In this document: one piece after another, positions 53,045 through 63,980 of the stretch
How the letters are laid out: each line of letters starts with the position of its first letter
Numbering within the stretch: position 1 is the stretch's first letter
Assembly: GCA_965235115.1 (NCBI GenBank)
Contig: OZ249442.1
Coordinates: forward strand, 17,732,001-17,796,000
Direction of reading: 5' to 3'
DNA length: 64,000 nt
Origin: Laetmonice hystrix
Lineage: Eukaryota
Notes under the pieces: generated by a model
Told to the model about the DNA's origin: nothing
Databases searched by the model: none
The model's input: only the letters and a program-made list of their open reading frames with translations
Position numbers and translations under genes: made by a program

Positions 53045-53695
53045 ATAAAGGGAGTATCTCACGAATTTCAAGTCACAGGTCTACGTGCCGTTTCACACAA
53101 AAATTTCTGCACCGCGGTTCTCCGATATGATCCAAAGCTCCCTGATAGGTATTATGTAAAGTAACTTCTAAAAGTCGCCAAATCTGATTTCCATCACTTA
53201 AAAAGACATTCTTGACATGCGCGACCCCGAGAGTTGTTTTCCATATTCCGACGCACACGGCTATGCCAATTATATGGTCAATGCAAATTAGAAGCTATTC
53301 TGTCAGTATTTGCACGCAATATAAATGCTCGATTTGTATATTGGCGAAAATACATTTCGAATATTGTCAGCGTTGTTCTCGGGAAAATCGCAGATATATT
53401 ATTTTCAAGAATTCTGGAACTACATTCGTTGCGGACTGTTACCGAAGGTGTGCTCTACACCACAACACAGCGTTCAAGCGATTGGCACCATGCCATAACG
53501 GTGGCATTCATCGTGTTTACGTGCACTCGCGCTAGTTTTTGTAATTTTTCCACCATCAGAGATATTTTCACATCTGCCTACTCAGAGGATGTGTTAAAAG
53601 AATCAATATGAAAAACATTCAGTGCTATAACGTTCGTCAGTGGTGCATAAATCTGAAGATTCCGGTCGAACCGGCGGGTGAGACAATCCCTTTAA
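53045..53695. mobile_element. Non-autonomous Kolobok-like element (TTAA target), about 645 bp
   Basis: Left ataa|agggagtatctcac and right gtgagacaatccct|ttaa: 15/17 inverted match, RR termini and (A/T)TAA flanks; no transposase ORF. Confidence 0.6.
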
Positions 53696-56349
53696 GCTAG
53701 AACTCAAGCTACAATCATTGAAATACAGTAAGGTACACCTTCTGCCGAACGCCATGGAATCGGGATTGTCAATACGGATTTAAAAGTAACATAGAAACCG
53801 TGGAAGAATACCATCCAAAATTTAAGAGTAACTGGGAATGTGCCTAGCTATCATTTGAGTTAAGGAGGTTTACTCCCCTTAGAACTGAAAAAAGGCCCGG
53901 ACAAACTCTGACAGATAGTGTATGTTTTTAATCTTGGAACGCTGTCGGTGACATGATAATCTTCTGTGGCAGCTATGAGTCGGAGATCCTGGCCACGTGG
54001 TTCCAATACTTATAATTGATAACACTGACAACCGGAGGCAGAAACTGATGGCTTAGTTGATGTAGATATGAGAACGTCACGCCTACACATGTTCGGTTCA
54101 CGTGTACAAACGTATAGTTTAGTAACCTTTTTAACAAAGATCTATGGTGCTATATAGACGGGGGCCATGCCAGAGTTGGGCGTTGGTTAGGGACCGTTCA
54201 GGTGACGTACCTAATGCTGATTACGGGAAGTGAACTCGGTATGAAACCCCACTCTATCCTACAGCCACGTCCTCTGTCACCATCATCGTTGACATCACAG
54301 ACACAGAAATTAAGATTGAACACAAAATATTAACATCAAAGTCTGGGAGCACCTCTGGCCTGTCGTCATACATCATCCAGTCATAATGCCCGTGCCGACA
54401 GGCAGCTCGCTGTGACGGGGAGCGGCCGGTGCCTCTCCTCCCCCCGTACCGCCACCTCCCTCCCTCTCCCCCTCCCTCCCGAGGTGTTTATCAATATCTC
54501 CGGCTCTCCACTCGCGGTATCCTCTATAGATCACCGGTCATTATTACCTGACACCTCGGTCGGTAGGAGCGGCCGAGTGGTGCGGCCGATGACAAACGAC
54601 GTAGATACCCCTGGTCGGGGCCCCTGATGTCCTGCCTAATAGTATCAGTGGTGACAGCAGATCCATTCATGTCCATAATCATCACAAATAAAAGAGCACG
54701 TGACCACTGCTACACTGCCAGCACACATGTTCGACTTCATAAATCAGGCTGTAGTGCCAGGGAGCCAGGTCTGGGGTAGCTCTTGCGATTTGGGGGTGGG
54801 GGTGGCAGATCAAGCAATGTCAGGGTTCGGTGAGAGATATGGGATGGATTGGCGTACACAGAGAAGAATGGATTGAGCGCGAACATATTGCTGACAGCGG
54901 GTAAAACATGTTGACATTCCGTCGGTTGTTGGACATGTGGCTATAGGACGGAGTCTGATAGATGGAAACCGACTAATAGCAATATGATGTCCCTCACCGG
55001 CCCTTCTTGAATTACTGTGGGACTAAGGAGGTGAATTATGGCATGCAGTTATTGCTGCCTGCTGGTCGTGAATTACTTGTGTATTCTGCTGTTTGACACT
55101 GACGCCGTAATGTTAGTGTAATGCCATCATAATAGAGCCTATCTACCGGCAGCCTTCTTCATCAAGTGTCCCTGGGGCTGACAGCACCTTCAGGGCTCCA
55201 CTGGGCTATAGCAGGCTCAGCAACACCCCCCTCCGCCGCCCGTACACTCATTAACCCTGACAGCATATTTCCCACAACATTCAGAGGTCAACTCCATGAA
55301 GATCACGCCGGCCAATAATCATGCCATACACAATTCGGTCTGCAATAGGTATGGCTGTCGGTAAATCAGCCCAGCTGCCCAGTTAGCCGGCCATGGTCAA
55401 TTAGCAAGGTCTGACCTCTAGCCCTCCACGTGGCCGGCCACGGACCGTGGGGACTTGACCACGCCCTCACGTATTACCCTGCTGCCATCCACCGCCCGCG
55501 CGCCCACCACTAAACTTCACTTGCTATTTGTGTTATGATTTGCTGGACAAGGAAATGAACGTGCACAGCGTTATTTACTGGTAGATCAATGCTAAATTGA
55601 TGTAGTGGTTTTTTGGCTGGCTTACAAGACCGGGGACAATTAGGGACGGCTGCTTGGGGGGAAGACCTTCCGCCGAGCGGCCGAAATATGCATTCACGGC
55701 AGCTCAATGGGGCTTTCGGTGCGCATCAAATATACGTGGTGCTAGATCTGCCACGATTATTTCCCACGTTATTCCCCCTGACAGAAGCGTTTCCCATTCG
55801 GTACGGGCACACATAAAGGTCGACGCTCCCAACGCCCCGACCACAGGCCATTCCTTTTCCACACACGCTCATGTCGGCTATAACTTGACTAGCCATAAAT
55901 TTATTGAGTTATCCCTGAACACAATTGGGTGGCAGGCCTCACATAAGATGCTGACACCCATGGCTAAAAGCCTGTAAATGCTTGCCCTGAGCAGTGCCCC
56001 CCGCGGCACACAAAAATGTTCTTGGCGCCCATTCTGTGACGCAGGCCCCGGCTTGGACACAGGGCGCGAGCGATCGTCGCCCCTCCATTCATACGCGATC
56101 ACCGCCGCGCCGCGCCTGACGACAGATCTATTGGTCGACAACACACTGGAAATTGGCACCGCGCGCCTTCACAAATAACGATATCATTGGATAGAGACGG
56201 AGTGGATAAACTGGTCACAAATATGGCACGTGGTCGGAGACCGCTGTAAGTGATGGAGCGCCGAGTTCCTGCAGAGCTAGCGGCTTCAGCCCCTGCCAGA
56301 ACGACAACCAGGACAAATATCACCCAACAGATACCGCTCGGGTTCCTTA

Positions 56350-56594
56350 AGGCCTGTACCCACTAGCGCGTTTTACCGCTGCGGTCCACGCTGAGCGACA
56401 AAACGCGCCATTGGGTTCAGGCCTTTAGCTGTTATTGTTGTATCCATCGTGATAAAATTCGGACTCCAACGTATTCGGAAATGTGCACATATCTCCTGAA
56501 GGCGGTGGTGCTTGCCGTAAGGCCTAAACCCACTAGCGCGTTTTGTCGCTCAGCGTGGACCGCAGCGGTAAAACGCGCTAGTGGGTACAGGCCT
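56350..56594. mobile_element. Two inverted copies of a 75-bp MITE (56350-56424 and 56520-56594)
   Basis: Each copy has TIRs aggcct(g/a)(t/a)acccactagcgcgtttt; copy 2 is nearly the exact reverse complement of copy 1; TTA flanks at 56347, 56425 and 56595. Confidence 0.88.
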
Positions 56595-56800
56595 TTAAAG
56601 AAGCCCCAGAAACCAGTCCAGAAATACAACTAGCATTTCAACCCAACCCCCCTGAGTATCTCAGCAGAATCTGATGTAACTGGTGGGGGATTCAACGAAG
56701 GCAGATAGATGACACTGTATTCTGTCTGATATTGCACTGTTGGTGTAATGCGATGGATTGTTCTTCTGTTCTTGCTAACTAGAGGAAATGAACATCCTGT

Positions 56801-56915
56801 TCTGGGGTGCGTTTCACAACGTGTCGTTAGCTTGTCGTATCCTCAACACCACTGCATTTTCAATGGGGACTTTAACGCCCGACAGGGTAACGATGGATGT
56901 GAAACGCACCCCAGA
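56801..56915. mobile_element. MITE (Harbinger-like), 115 bp
   Basis: Perfect 18-bp inverted termini tctggggtgcgtttcaca / tgtgaaacgcaccccaga, consistent with CWG-type flanks. Confidence 0.8.
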
Positions 56916-59900
56916 CTCCCTGATTCCAAAAAATGGGCGCGTACGCTTACTATAGGCCATGTACGCTTATTGAGTAAAATACGGTACATGTATTTACCAT
57001 TTTCTGGTGGTCCTAGTAATTGTCCATGTATTGGTAAACGTTAGAAACAAAGTCATTGTTATTCTATGGTCTTGCTTTGTTTACACTCCCAAATTTATCA
57101 AACATTTTCGGACTGCGGTCATTTACAGACCAAATCTCTAGGCCATATTTAGAAACATCTGGGCTACGTTTGAGCGACTGTGTTTTTTTCGGGGGGGGGG
57201 CGGCGGTAGCTCGTAAATTAATTTCATATGCCTCTTTAATCTTGACGGTTACCCACGAGTTGACATTCAAAAAGAAAAACTTACTATGAGCGTGACAAAT
57301 ATTCAAATTCTTGTCTTCAATAAATTTGCAATTGCTGTTTCATCCTGCACGAGTGTTTTACTTTATACGCTCCATCGACTTTGTTCGAAACACTAGTAAA
57401 TTAAAAACGTACTTTGAAGAATACTGTCATGAAAACCACATGTTGAAACTAGACACAACGCCTTTTCATTTTCTCGCAGCTCCTCGTGTAGTGTCGGTAC
57501 AAACATCCACGTGGGTAAAATCCAAGCCATTTCATACACACGGGATTCCGCGAGGGCCAAATGACCTCACAACTTGAGATCACCCGCGCTTTGGTGCGTC
57601 ACAAAACAATACTATATACTAGCATTTTGGGGTGTTTTATTTCTTGTTTTCTGCAGTGGTTTCAATAAGTGGCGTCAAAGAGGACCATAGCATTGTTTGT
57701 GGAGATATATGCAAGAACTAATAGAGTTGGTGAGGTGCTTCAAGCCTGTATGATCAGCCTCATTCTGAACAAGAAATGTGCGGCAGACGATAGTTCCTGA
57801 ACAGGACGAGGTAGGCCAAATGGTCTAAATGCCCCTAGATTGTGCCCCAATAATTGCACAAAAATCTACATTATTATATATGTGGAATGAATCCAGACTC
57901 TGTTCGGATCTAGAATTCTCGTCTCCTTCCTCATCTTCTGGAACATGAAAGCAATCTTAGGCTGATCTTCAAGATCATCCTGCATCTCTTGCGGCAACCA
58001 CAAGCTAATGCATGCATTAAAAAGAAAACTTCTTTGCCGTGTTTGTCTAGCTTTGGCTGTACTGCCGCTGTGGAAGGCTCTCACAACGACGTTACGTCCT
58101 GGATTCCAATATTTCGGGAGTCAGGAAAGAGTTCGACCACAAGTTTGGTCTAATTCACATCCCCAAGATGACGGCCATTATTTGTGAAAAGGGTAGGCCA
58201 TGTTTTCGGCCATATGCCATACCTTGCCATAATTGGAATTGCATCCAAATTAAAACACCGAAGAGAACTTCTATTTTACAGACTGTCACCTGGATGTGAC
58301 GTCACATGACTTTTCTACGACCGTGACAATATTATATTTTTTTTCTTTTTTTTCTTCATATTTCTATTTCTGCTGACCATCAGGATCCGGACACGGGCCT
58401 GCCTCCACTCTCCCTGCAGTGTCCACGTCTCTCATTACCTGACGCCCACCGTGTCCCCCAGCGGTAGGCCCCGTCTGGTTTGACGCCACTAGATCTACCA
58501 TATTGTTAGCGTCATCCATCCTTATTCTCCACAAACTAGGTCTAACTGGCTGACCGGCTCGCCGGCCGGTTCGTTGATCAACCCCCCGGCGCCCCTTCCC
58601 TCCCAGCCCAGTGCCACCGACACCCCCAGCAGTCAAAGAACATGCTTTCAGACGGCAATTATCACAGCATGGTCACCAGAGAGTAAAACTTTGGGTCTTA
58701 ACCCCAAGCCGTCTCATAATCACACCCCACTTGAGAAGTCTCAAAGCGATATTTATTCCTACGGCAATGGACTTCCCTTTCTTTCCCATGGTTTCCTTCA
58801 TTTATCAGCGACAGATAAAGAAAACGTATGCTTCTTCCGGGTCGTTCTTCACCCATACTCGTCCCCTTACAAAAGTCAACCTGATTCCCGCCCCATACTG
58901 TCCGTCACGTAACACAATCACGTATATCCAACATCAAATATATCTCTAACATACCACAAACGTTACACCTACACATAGATTCTCGTCAATTTACTTATCT
59001 TTTCCCAGATTCAATTCTTCTCGACCCCCCCCCCCCCCAGCTAAAAATAGGGTGCAGGGGTTATTTCAGTCTATAGCCCTCTTGCACATTGACAAGTGTT
59101 AAAATCGCATTTGTCCAACCCTTTTTATTTGGGGGGGGGGCATCATAACTAAAATCACTCCAATTCCCAACCATCAAGCCATCATCTAAAATAGGACCGA
59201 CCTACCCTAGCAATTCAGGATGTCTCCCAAAAGCAATAAGGCTCTTTGATAAACAGAAAACCTCTCCTGATTTCAAGGAGCCACAATGAGTCCGGCTGGA
59301 GAGTGTGTTCTAGAAGGAGACAACAGCGCTGGTCCCAGCTCGATCCCTTCCCAATAGCTTACGAACATAGGGCCAACATGTCCTCATTTTGAAACCGTCC
59401 AATTGATTTAGGCCTTTCCAGCAGCCGCACGAATAATCCATTAATTTCGGCCTGACTTCATGGGAATCAGTCATGTCGCTGGGGATTAAGTTATTCCGAG
59501 AAAAAAGCCCGCCTCATATGTTACTGACATGGCTACATTCAGCCGCAAATTTGTAGGTCTGATTGTGTTAGTGGCCCTATATGTTTGAATTCTGGCCGAT
59601 TTAACGCCCTGCAGCTGCCACGCACTGCCGCTACAGATGGATGGCCTGGGGCTGCAAGAGAAGACAGGTCGGTTGGCATCCGCGCGGAGCGGTATCCCAA
59701 GACAAGACAAGGGACAGGGCGGCGGCCGAGTGAGGCCTGGCCCCAGCAACCGCTGCTGACGGCCACTCCATTCCATGTCATGAGGACCTATGGTCACGGT
59801 ATCACGTTTGTCAACCTCCACACACACTAACACAGTCACGATATCATAGGTCTTAACGTATGAGGGTCTGAACTCGGGCACAAACCAATACGGTCAGTCC

Positions 59901-59959
59901 AACATAACTGGCTGAGACCTTATAAATACAAGTCAATGATTGAATCGGAATAGTTTTGT

Positions 59960-60080
59960 ATTCAAGCATAAGGCCAATGCACCGTACGAAAACCTTTGGT
60001 CCACACAATATCAGGGGCCTCAAAATATGGAGAGCAACAGCAAGATTTGGCCTATGCAAATTAAGCAGGTCTTTCAATAA
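59960..60080 (+). mobile_element. Possible decayed CR1/L2 LINE reverse-transcriptase C-terminal fragment
   Basis: RTKTFG-PHNIR-GLKIW resembles the RTxTYG..GPKxW motif at CR1/L2 ORF2 ends; two residues shorter than expected. Confidence 0.25.
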
Positions 60081-60156
60081 ATTTAACAGTTCGTCATCGA
60101 TTCCATTCACAAAACTCGCATTGGCCCCAGGTCCTTAAACGTCTAATGCGTTTAAC

Positions 60157-60164
60157 CTAAACTT
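60157..60164 (-). CDS. Candidate terminal coding exon of the Q-rich gene (...QTT-E-V-stop)
   Basis: Nearest strong downstream acceptor (ttcttgcatttcAG), phase-1 compatible. An alternative terminal exon lies at 59539-59651 (APGHPS...QICG*); unresolved without RNA data. Confidence 0.3.
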
Positions 60165-60271
60165 CTGAAATGCAAGAATCCATAGTGTTTGCTTTCTTTG
60201 GAAATGATATTTACACCGATTTCATCAACATGATCTCTTGCCGTGGCCGAACATATTGGTACCGTTCCCTG

Positions 60272-60285
60272 ACACTAGGTGGCAC
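60272..60285 (+). promoter_or_regulatory. CTCF-like site
   Basis: ACACTAGGTGGCAC; 13/14 match to CCASYAGRKGGCRS. Confidence 0.35.
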
Positions 60286-60634
60286 GTCAGTACAGTACCC
60301 ACCAGTTTAGCCACGTTGTCCACAAGTCCATAAATTTGATTTTCCACCACGGAGAAAGGACTCACTATACGCAATCAGGAACCAATATTCACAAGTAACT
60401 TTGCCTTGCCCTTACAGCTAGTAACCTATACGTTTTCCGGACACAGAACACCGTCAACTCTGAAAAATCCTCATTTTCCCTAGCAGACGACAAGCTATCA
60501 GGTTGTGCGTATTACTAGTACAAGTAGTTAGTTTCTCCCGCATGAAAGGTGTCAAAATGACGACCGTATGATGGTAGTGATAGGGTAGTACCCCATCCCC
60601 GTTCCTAAACTACTAGCTGACGTTACGTACTGAC

Positions 60635-60751
60635 CTGTGGTTTGACCTTGGAACTGGGCCATGTCGATAGTCGTGACGCAGGCCGGGGCGACGCGAACTA
60701 CCTGCTGGTTCACCAGCTTCACGCCAGAGGGCTCTGGTTTCAGCTGCTCAA
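60635..60751 (-). CDS. Internal exon of Q-rich putative transcription regulator, phase 1-1: (V)EQLKPEPSGVKLVNQQVVRVAPACVTTIDMAQFQGQTT
   Basis: Acceptor gtcggtttgcAG, donor CAG|GTCAGT, 117 nt, open, phase matches the upstream exon; contains LKPE (SUMO consensus). Confidence 0.85.
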
Positions 60752-61048
60752 CTGCAAACCGACAACACATCGGAACTTTATAAATTACATAAGCATTCTG
60801 TAAATTATTGTAAATAAAGAAAGGATACATTGACTCTGCCTGATTTAAAAATTCTCTTTAATATTGTCTTTAATACTGCTTTCTACTGGACACAGCATCA
60901 TATTTTTCCGAACAAAGCCTTTACAAATTATTTGACATTTATAAGTGTAAATTATTACAATAAACCTTTCGCAAACCAAGTAGAAACAAAAGTATATTCA
61001 AAATTGTAATTTTTTGTTGTTGGGGGGGGGGGGGGGGAGGTCACCAAC

Positions 61049-61153
61049 CTGTCTGCACGGCAAACTGCGACATATCCACTGTGGTGGGGACCACGGTAGT
61101 GACGGGCTGGTTGTGAACATCTACACCAGATGTCGCTGTCATCACTTGCTCAC
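61049..61153 (-). CDS. Internal exon, phase 1-1: (G)EQVMTATSGVDVHNQPVTTVVPTTVDMSQFAVQT
   Basis: Acceptor cattggtttccAG, donor CAG|GTTGGT, 105 nt, open, phase compatible on both sides. Confidence 0.85.
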
Positions 61154-62039
61154 CTGGAAACCAATGTGACCGTATTATCACAGAGCGGGCTCTCTAAATG
61201 CTTTCAAACTTTAAGACTAAAAATATATAATAATCGACTACGGTACATGATGGACACCAGTATACTGTCCGACTGACCATCCTTATTACAAAATGTCAGC
61301 TTTTGGAAACTCTCACTTCAGAAGAAGTCATCTATGTAACGGTACGTTACGTGTGCCACAGCTTCTAAACAATCCTACAAATTAGTACAAAGGAACAATT
61401 TTCAGGGTGTTTTTGTCCCAATCTCAAGTCCTATATTCAAATTCAAGCATCCTGAAGAATTTGAAAATGGTTGGGGGGGGGGCTGAAAAATAAAAATTAG
61501 TAGTGCTTGCACGTACGGAGGGAGTGTGCCCTTTTTGCATCCACATATCCTCTTTTCACATCTTTAAAAAAATGTCTTCCCCCTATTTATTACTCTTTAA
61601 AATTCAGATCTATGTCCAACGAAAGCGGTTGATTTAAAGAGGCATTCATTAATCGTCACCGTCTCCCAGCTAGGCCCCCAAGCCGAGTTCAATCCCAGTC
61701 TGGGCGATGATATCATTGTTAACATGAAGGGTTGAGATGAAAGGCTCCTGCCCAGGGCTGAACCTTTGCTCTGACTGACGGTCAGGAAGACAGCCCGAGC
61801 CCCCACCCCCACCCCAACCCCCACCCCCACCCCACCCTCCGGGAACATGACTAAGTGCTGCCAAACGTTCACCGCCCCCACCACCAACAACAGATGATCT
61901 CCCGTAATGTCGACCCACCGATAAACCCATTTCCTGCCCATAACCTCCACTGCGAATATAACATTTTGATAGTTTATGAACCAGGCTCACTTGATGTCCT
62001 AAATCTGCCCCAATAAACTATTATCTGTGAATGAGTGGG

Positions 62040-62300
62040 ATAAATCAGAGATAAAGAGGAATAGATCACAACACGGAGGGATAAATCAATTTGGGTGAAA
62101 GCTGCAGCGCATATTCATCAGGTGCCGGCCCAATATCATGTCAGGCAGTATGGACTGCCCCCATAAAGCCCTCAGTGACGGGGGCGGTTGGGGGAGGGGG
62201 AGGGGGGATGTGGAGATCAGCCACGGACGCTATGGCTGGCGGACGACTGGCACAGGATCGCACTAAAGTATTGACGGGATTATGACAGCTGTCAATCATC
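62040..62300. promoter_or_regulatory. Intronic TALE (Pbx/Meis) motif cluster
   Basis: ATAAATCA at 62040 and 62081; palindrome TGACAGCTGTCA at 62283-62294 overlapping CTGTCAATCA (reverse of TGATTGACAG) at 62289-62298. Confidence 0.5.
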
Positions 62301-62530
62301 AAGTAGTGACTGTCACGACTGCAATGCTTTCTGCTGACGACACGTGTGCGTGTGTGGGTGTGAATGTGTGGGGTTTGAATCAATTTCTAATGTCATCGTT
62401 AAAGAAATAATAAGGCCTTAGAAGAAATACATAAATGACAAAGTCACACCAACAAAAGATAAACTTGCTGTAAATTGAGCACAGTGTGTCACTATACGCC
62501 TGTCAGATGTACAGTTACATCTGTAGTTAC

Positions 62531-62786
62531 CTGCAGTTGTCACCACACACACGGCATGCTTCTGTAACAGCTGCTGCTGTTGTAACTGTTGCTGGAGCAG
62601 GGTCTGCTGCTGTTGCTGCAGAAGATGCTGTTGTTGCACACTCTGGAGCTGGATCTGCTGCTGTTGTTGCACGGGCTGGAGAAGCTGTGGTTGCACGGTG
62701 CCGTGTTGTTGCATGGTCTGTACTGCGACCAGGGGAAGCTGGACCGAGCTGGAGGTGTCAACCAGGTTCTCAGTTCCTGGGGGCAC
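62531..62786 (-). CDS. PolyQ exon, phase 0-1: VPPGTENLVD...QQQQQIQLQSVQQQHLLQQQQQTLLQQQLQQQQLLQKHAVCVVTTA
   Basis: Acceptor cttcttgacccctgtttAG, donor CAG|GTAACT, 256 nt; mixed CAA/CAG codons argue for coding rather than microsatellite. Confidence 0.9.
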
Positions 62787-63024
62787 CTAAACAGGGGTCA
62801 AGAAGTGAAGAGAACTGTTAGACCAAAAAATGATTTTTTTTATCTGCTAATCATTCCCCATGATCCGTATAGAAAAATGAAAATATGCAATTTAGACTAT
62901 GACTACGCTGGGGATGTTGTTCTCGAACACATAGGCGTCCACAAATCTTAACCCCGAAGTTCCAGAGTTTTTCATCATTCTGTGTTCAACTACCCAAAAG
63001 TCCACCTTGGCAAATTTGGTTACG

Positions 63025-63560
63025 GGCCTGCCCATGATGCCCCAAGTGATGACTCTGGTAACTACAGGCCCGCCCATGATGCCCCAAGTGATACAGGCCC
63101 GCCCATGATGCCCCAAGTGATGACTAGTTACAGGCCCGCCCATGATGCCCCAAGTGATGACTAGTTACAGGCCCGCCCATGATTCCCCAAGTGATGACTG
63201 TAGTTAGAGCTGCCCCTCCCCCATGATGCTGTCCTGACCCACCTGTAGTATCACGGGTTGCGGACTGTAGTTACAGTCCCCCTCCCCCATGATGCTGTCC
63301 TGGTCTACCTGTAGCATCACGGGTTGCGAAGTGTAGTTACAGTCCCCCTCCCCCATGATGCTGTACTGACCCACCTGTAATCTGTAATATCACGGGTTGT
63401 GGACTGTAGTTAAAGTCCCCCCCCCCCTCACATGATGCTGTCCTGACCCACCTTTAATCTGTAATATCACGGGTTGCGGACTGGTTGCGGACAGTCCCCC
63501 CCCCCCCCCACACACACACACATGATGCTGTCCTAAACCCACCTGTAGTATCACGGGTTG
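63025..63560. repeat. Two adjacent intronic tandem arrays (about 34-bp x5; about 66-90-bp x5 overlapping the exon donor)
   Basis: gcccgcccatgatgccccaagtgatgac repeats at 63025-63200; catgatgctgtcctgacccacctgtagtatcacgggttgcg repeats at 63220-63560. Confidence 0.88.
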
Positions 63561-63683
63561 CGGGAAGCCTGCAGTGGTGGCCAGCTGTACGTTTCCTCCA
63601 GTCGTTGAGAGCGGGACGGTCGATGTTGGAAGGACAAACTGAATTTTCTGAGGTACCACTGTCACTGACCCAGTGTTCTCAGT
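63543..63683 (-). CDS. Internal exon, phase 0-0: TENTGSVTVVPQKIQFVLPTSTVPLSTTGGNVQLATTAGFPQPVILQ
   Basis: Acceptor ttaactttgtttgtAG, donor CAG|GTGGGT, 141 nt, joins in frame to the polyQ exon. The gene's 5' part presumably lies beyond 64000. Confidence 0.85.
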
Positions 63684-63884
63684 CTACAAACAAAGTTAAG
63701 GAATGATAAGAGACAGATACAGTTTGTTCCCTTCAACGTGTCCTTCAACATACACCTCAAAACATTTCACCTTTATAGAACCGTTCTTAGACTCACCCTC
63801 TACAACACCCCGTAATATACGGCTCTCAACAGTCTCCTGGACAGTCTCTGAGGCATCCTTTAACTTACCCTTCAAATCCCCCCC

Positions 63885-63980
63885 GACACATGTCCTCCTG
63901 ACACATGCCCCCTTGACACATGCCCCCCCTTGTTACATACCCCCCCCCCCCTTGACACACGTCCCCCTTGACACATGTCC
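63885..63980. repeat. Short degenerate repeat (ccccttgacacatg)n
   Basis: About five gacaca(t/c)g units separated by C-runs. Confidence 0.75.

Noticed and set aside
57866-58084. KIAFMFQKMRK as a homeodomain helix 3
   Set aside because: Lacks the WFxN residues and the upstream helices; no homeobox was found anywhere in the window.
58384-58463. Plus-strand exon DPDTGLPPLSLQ... after a long T-rich tract
   Set aside because: No compatible partner exons or recognisable protein; the tract may be an A-rich run of the opposite strand.
61597-61990. Two overlapping minus-strand ORFs as an extra exon of the Q-rich gene
   Set aside because: Composition is unlike the flanking exons, it includes a GGGGT-type simple repeat, and the neighbouring exons already join in frame.
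63797-63880. DLKGKLKDASETVQETVESRILRGVVE as the next upstream exon
   Set aside because: Its donor is phase 1 but exon 63543-63683 starts in phase 0, and there is no clear acceptor; left unresolved.
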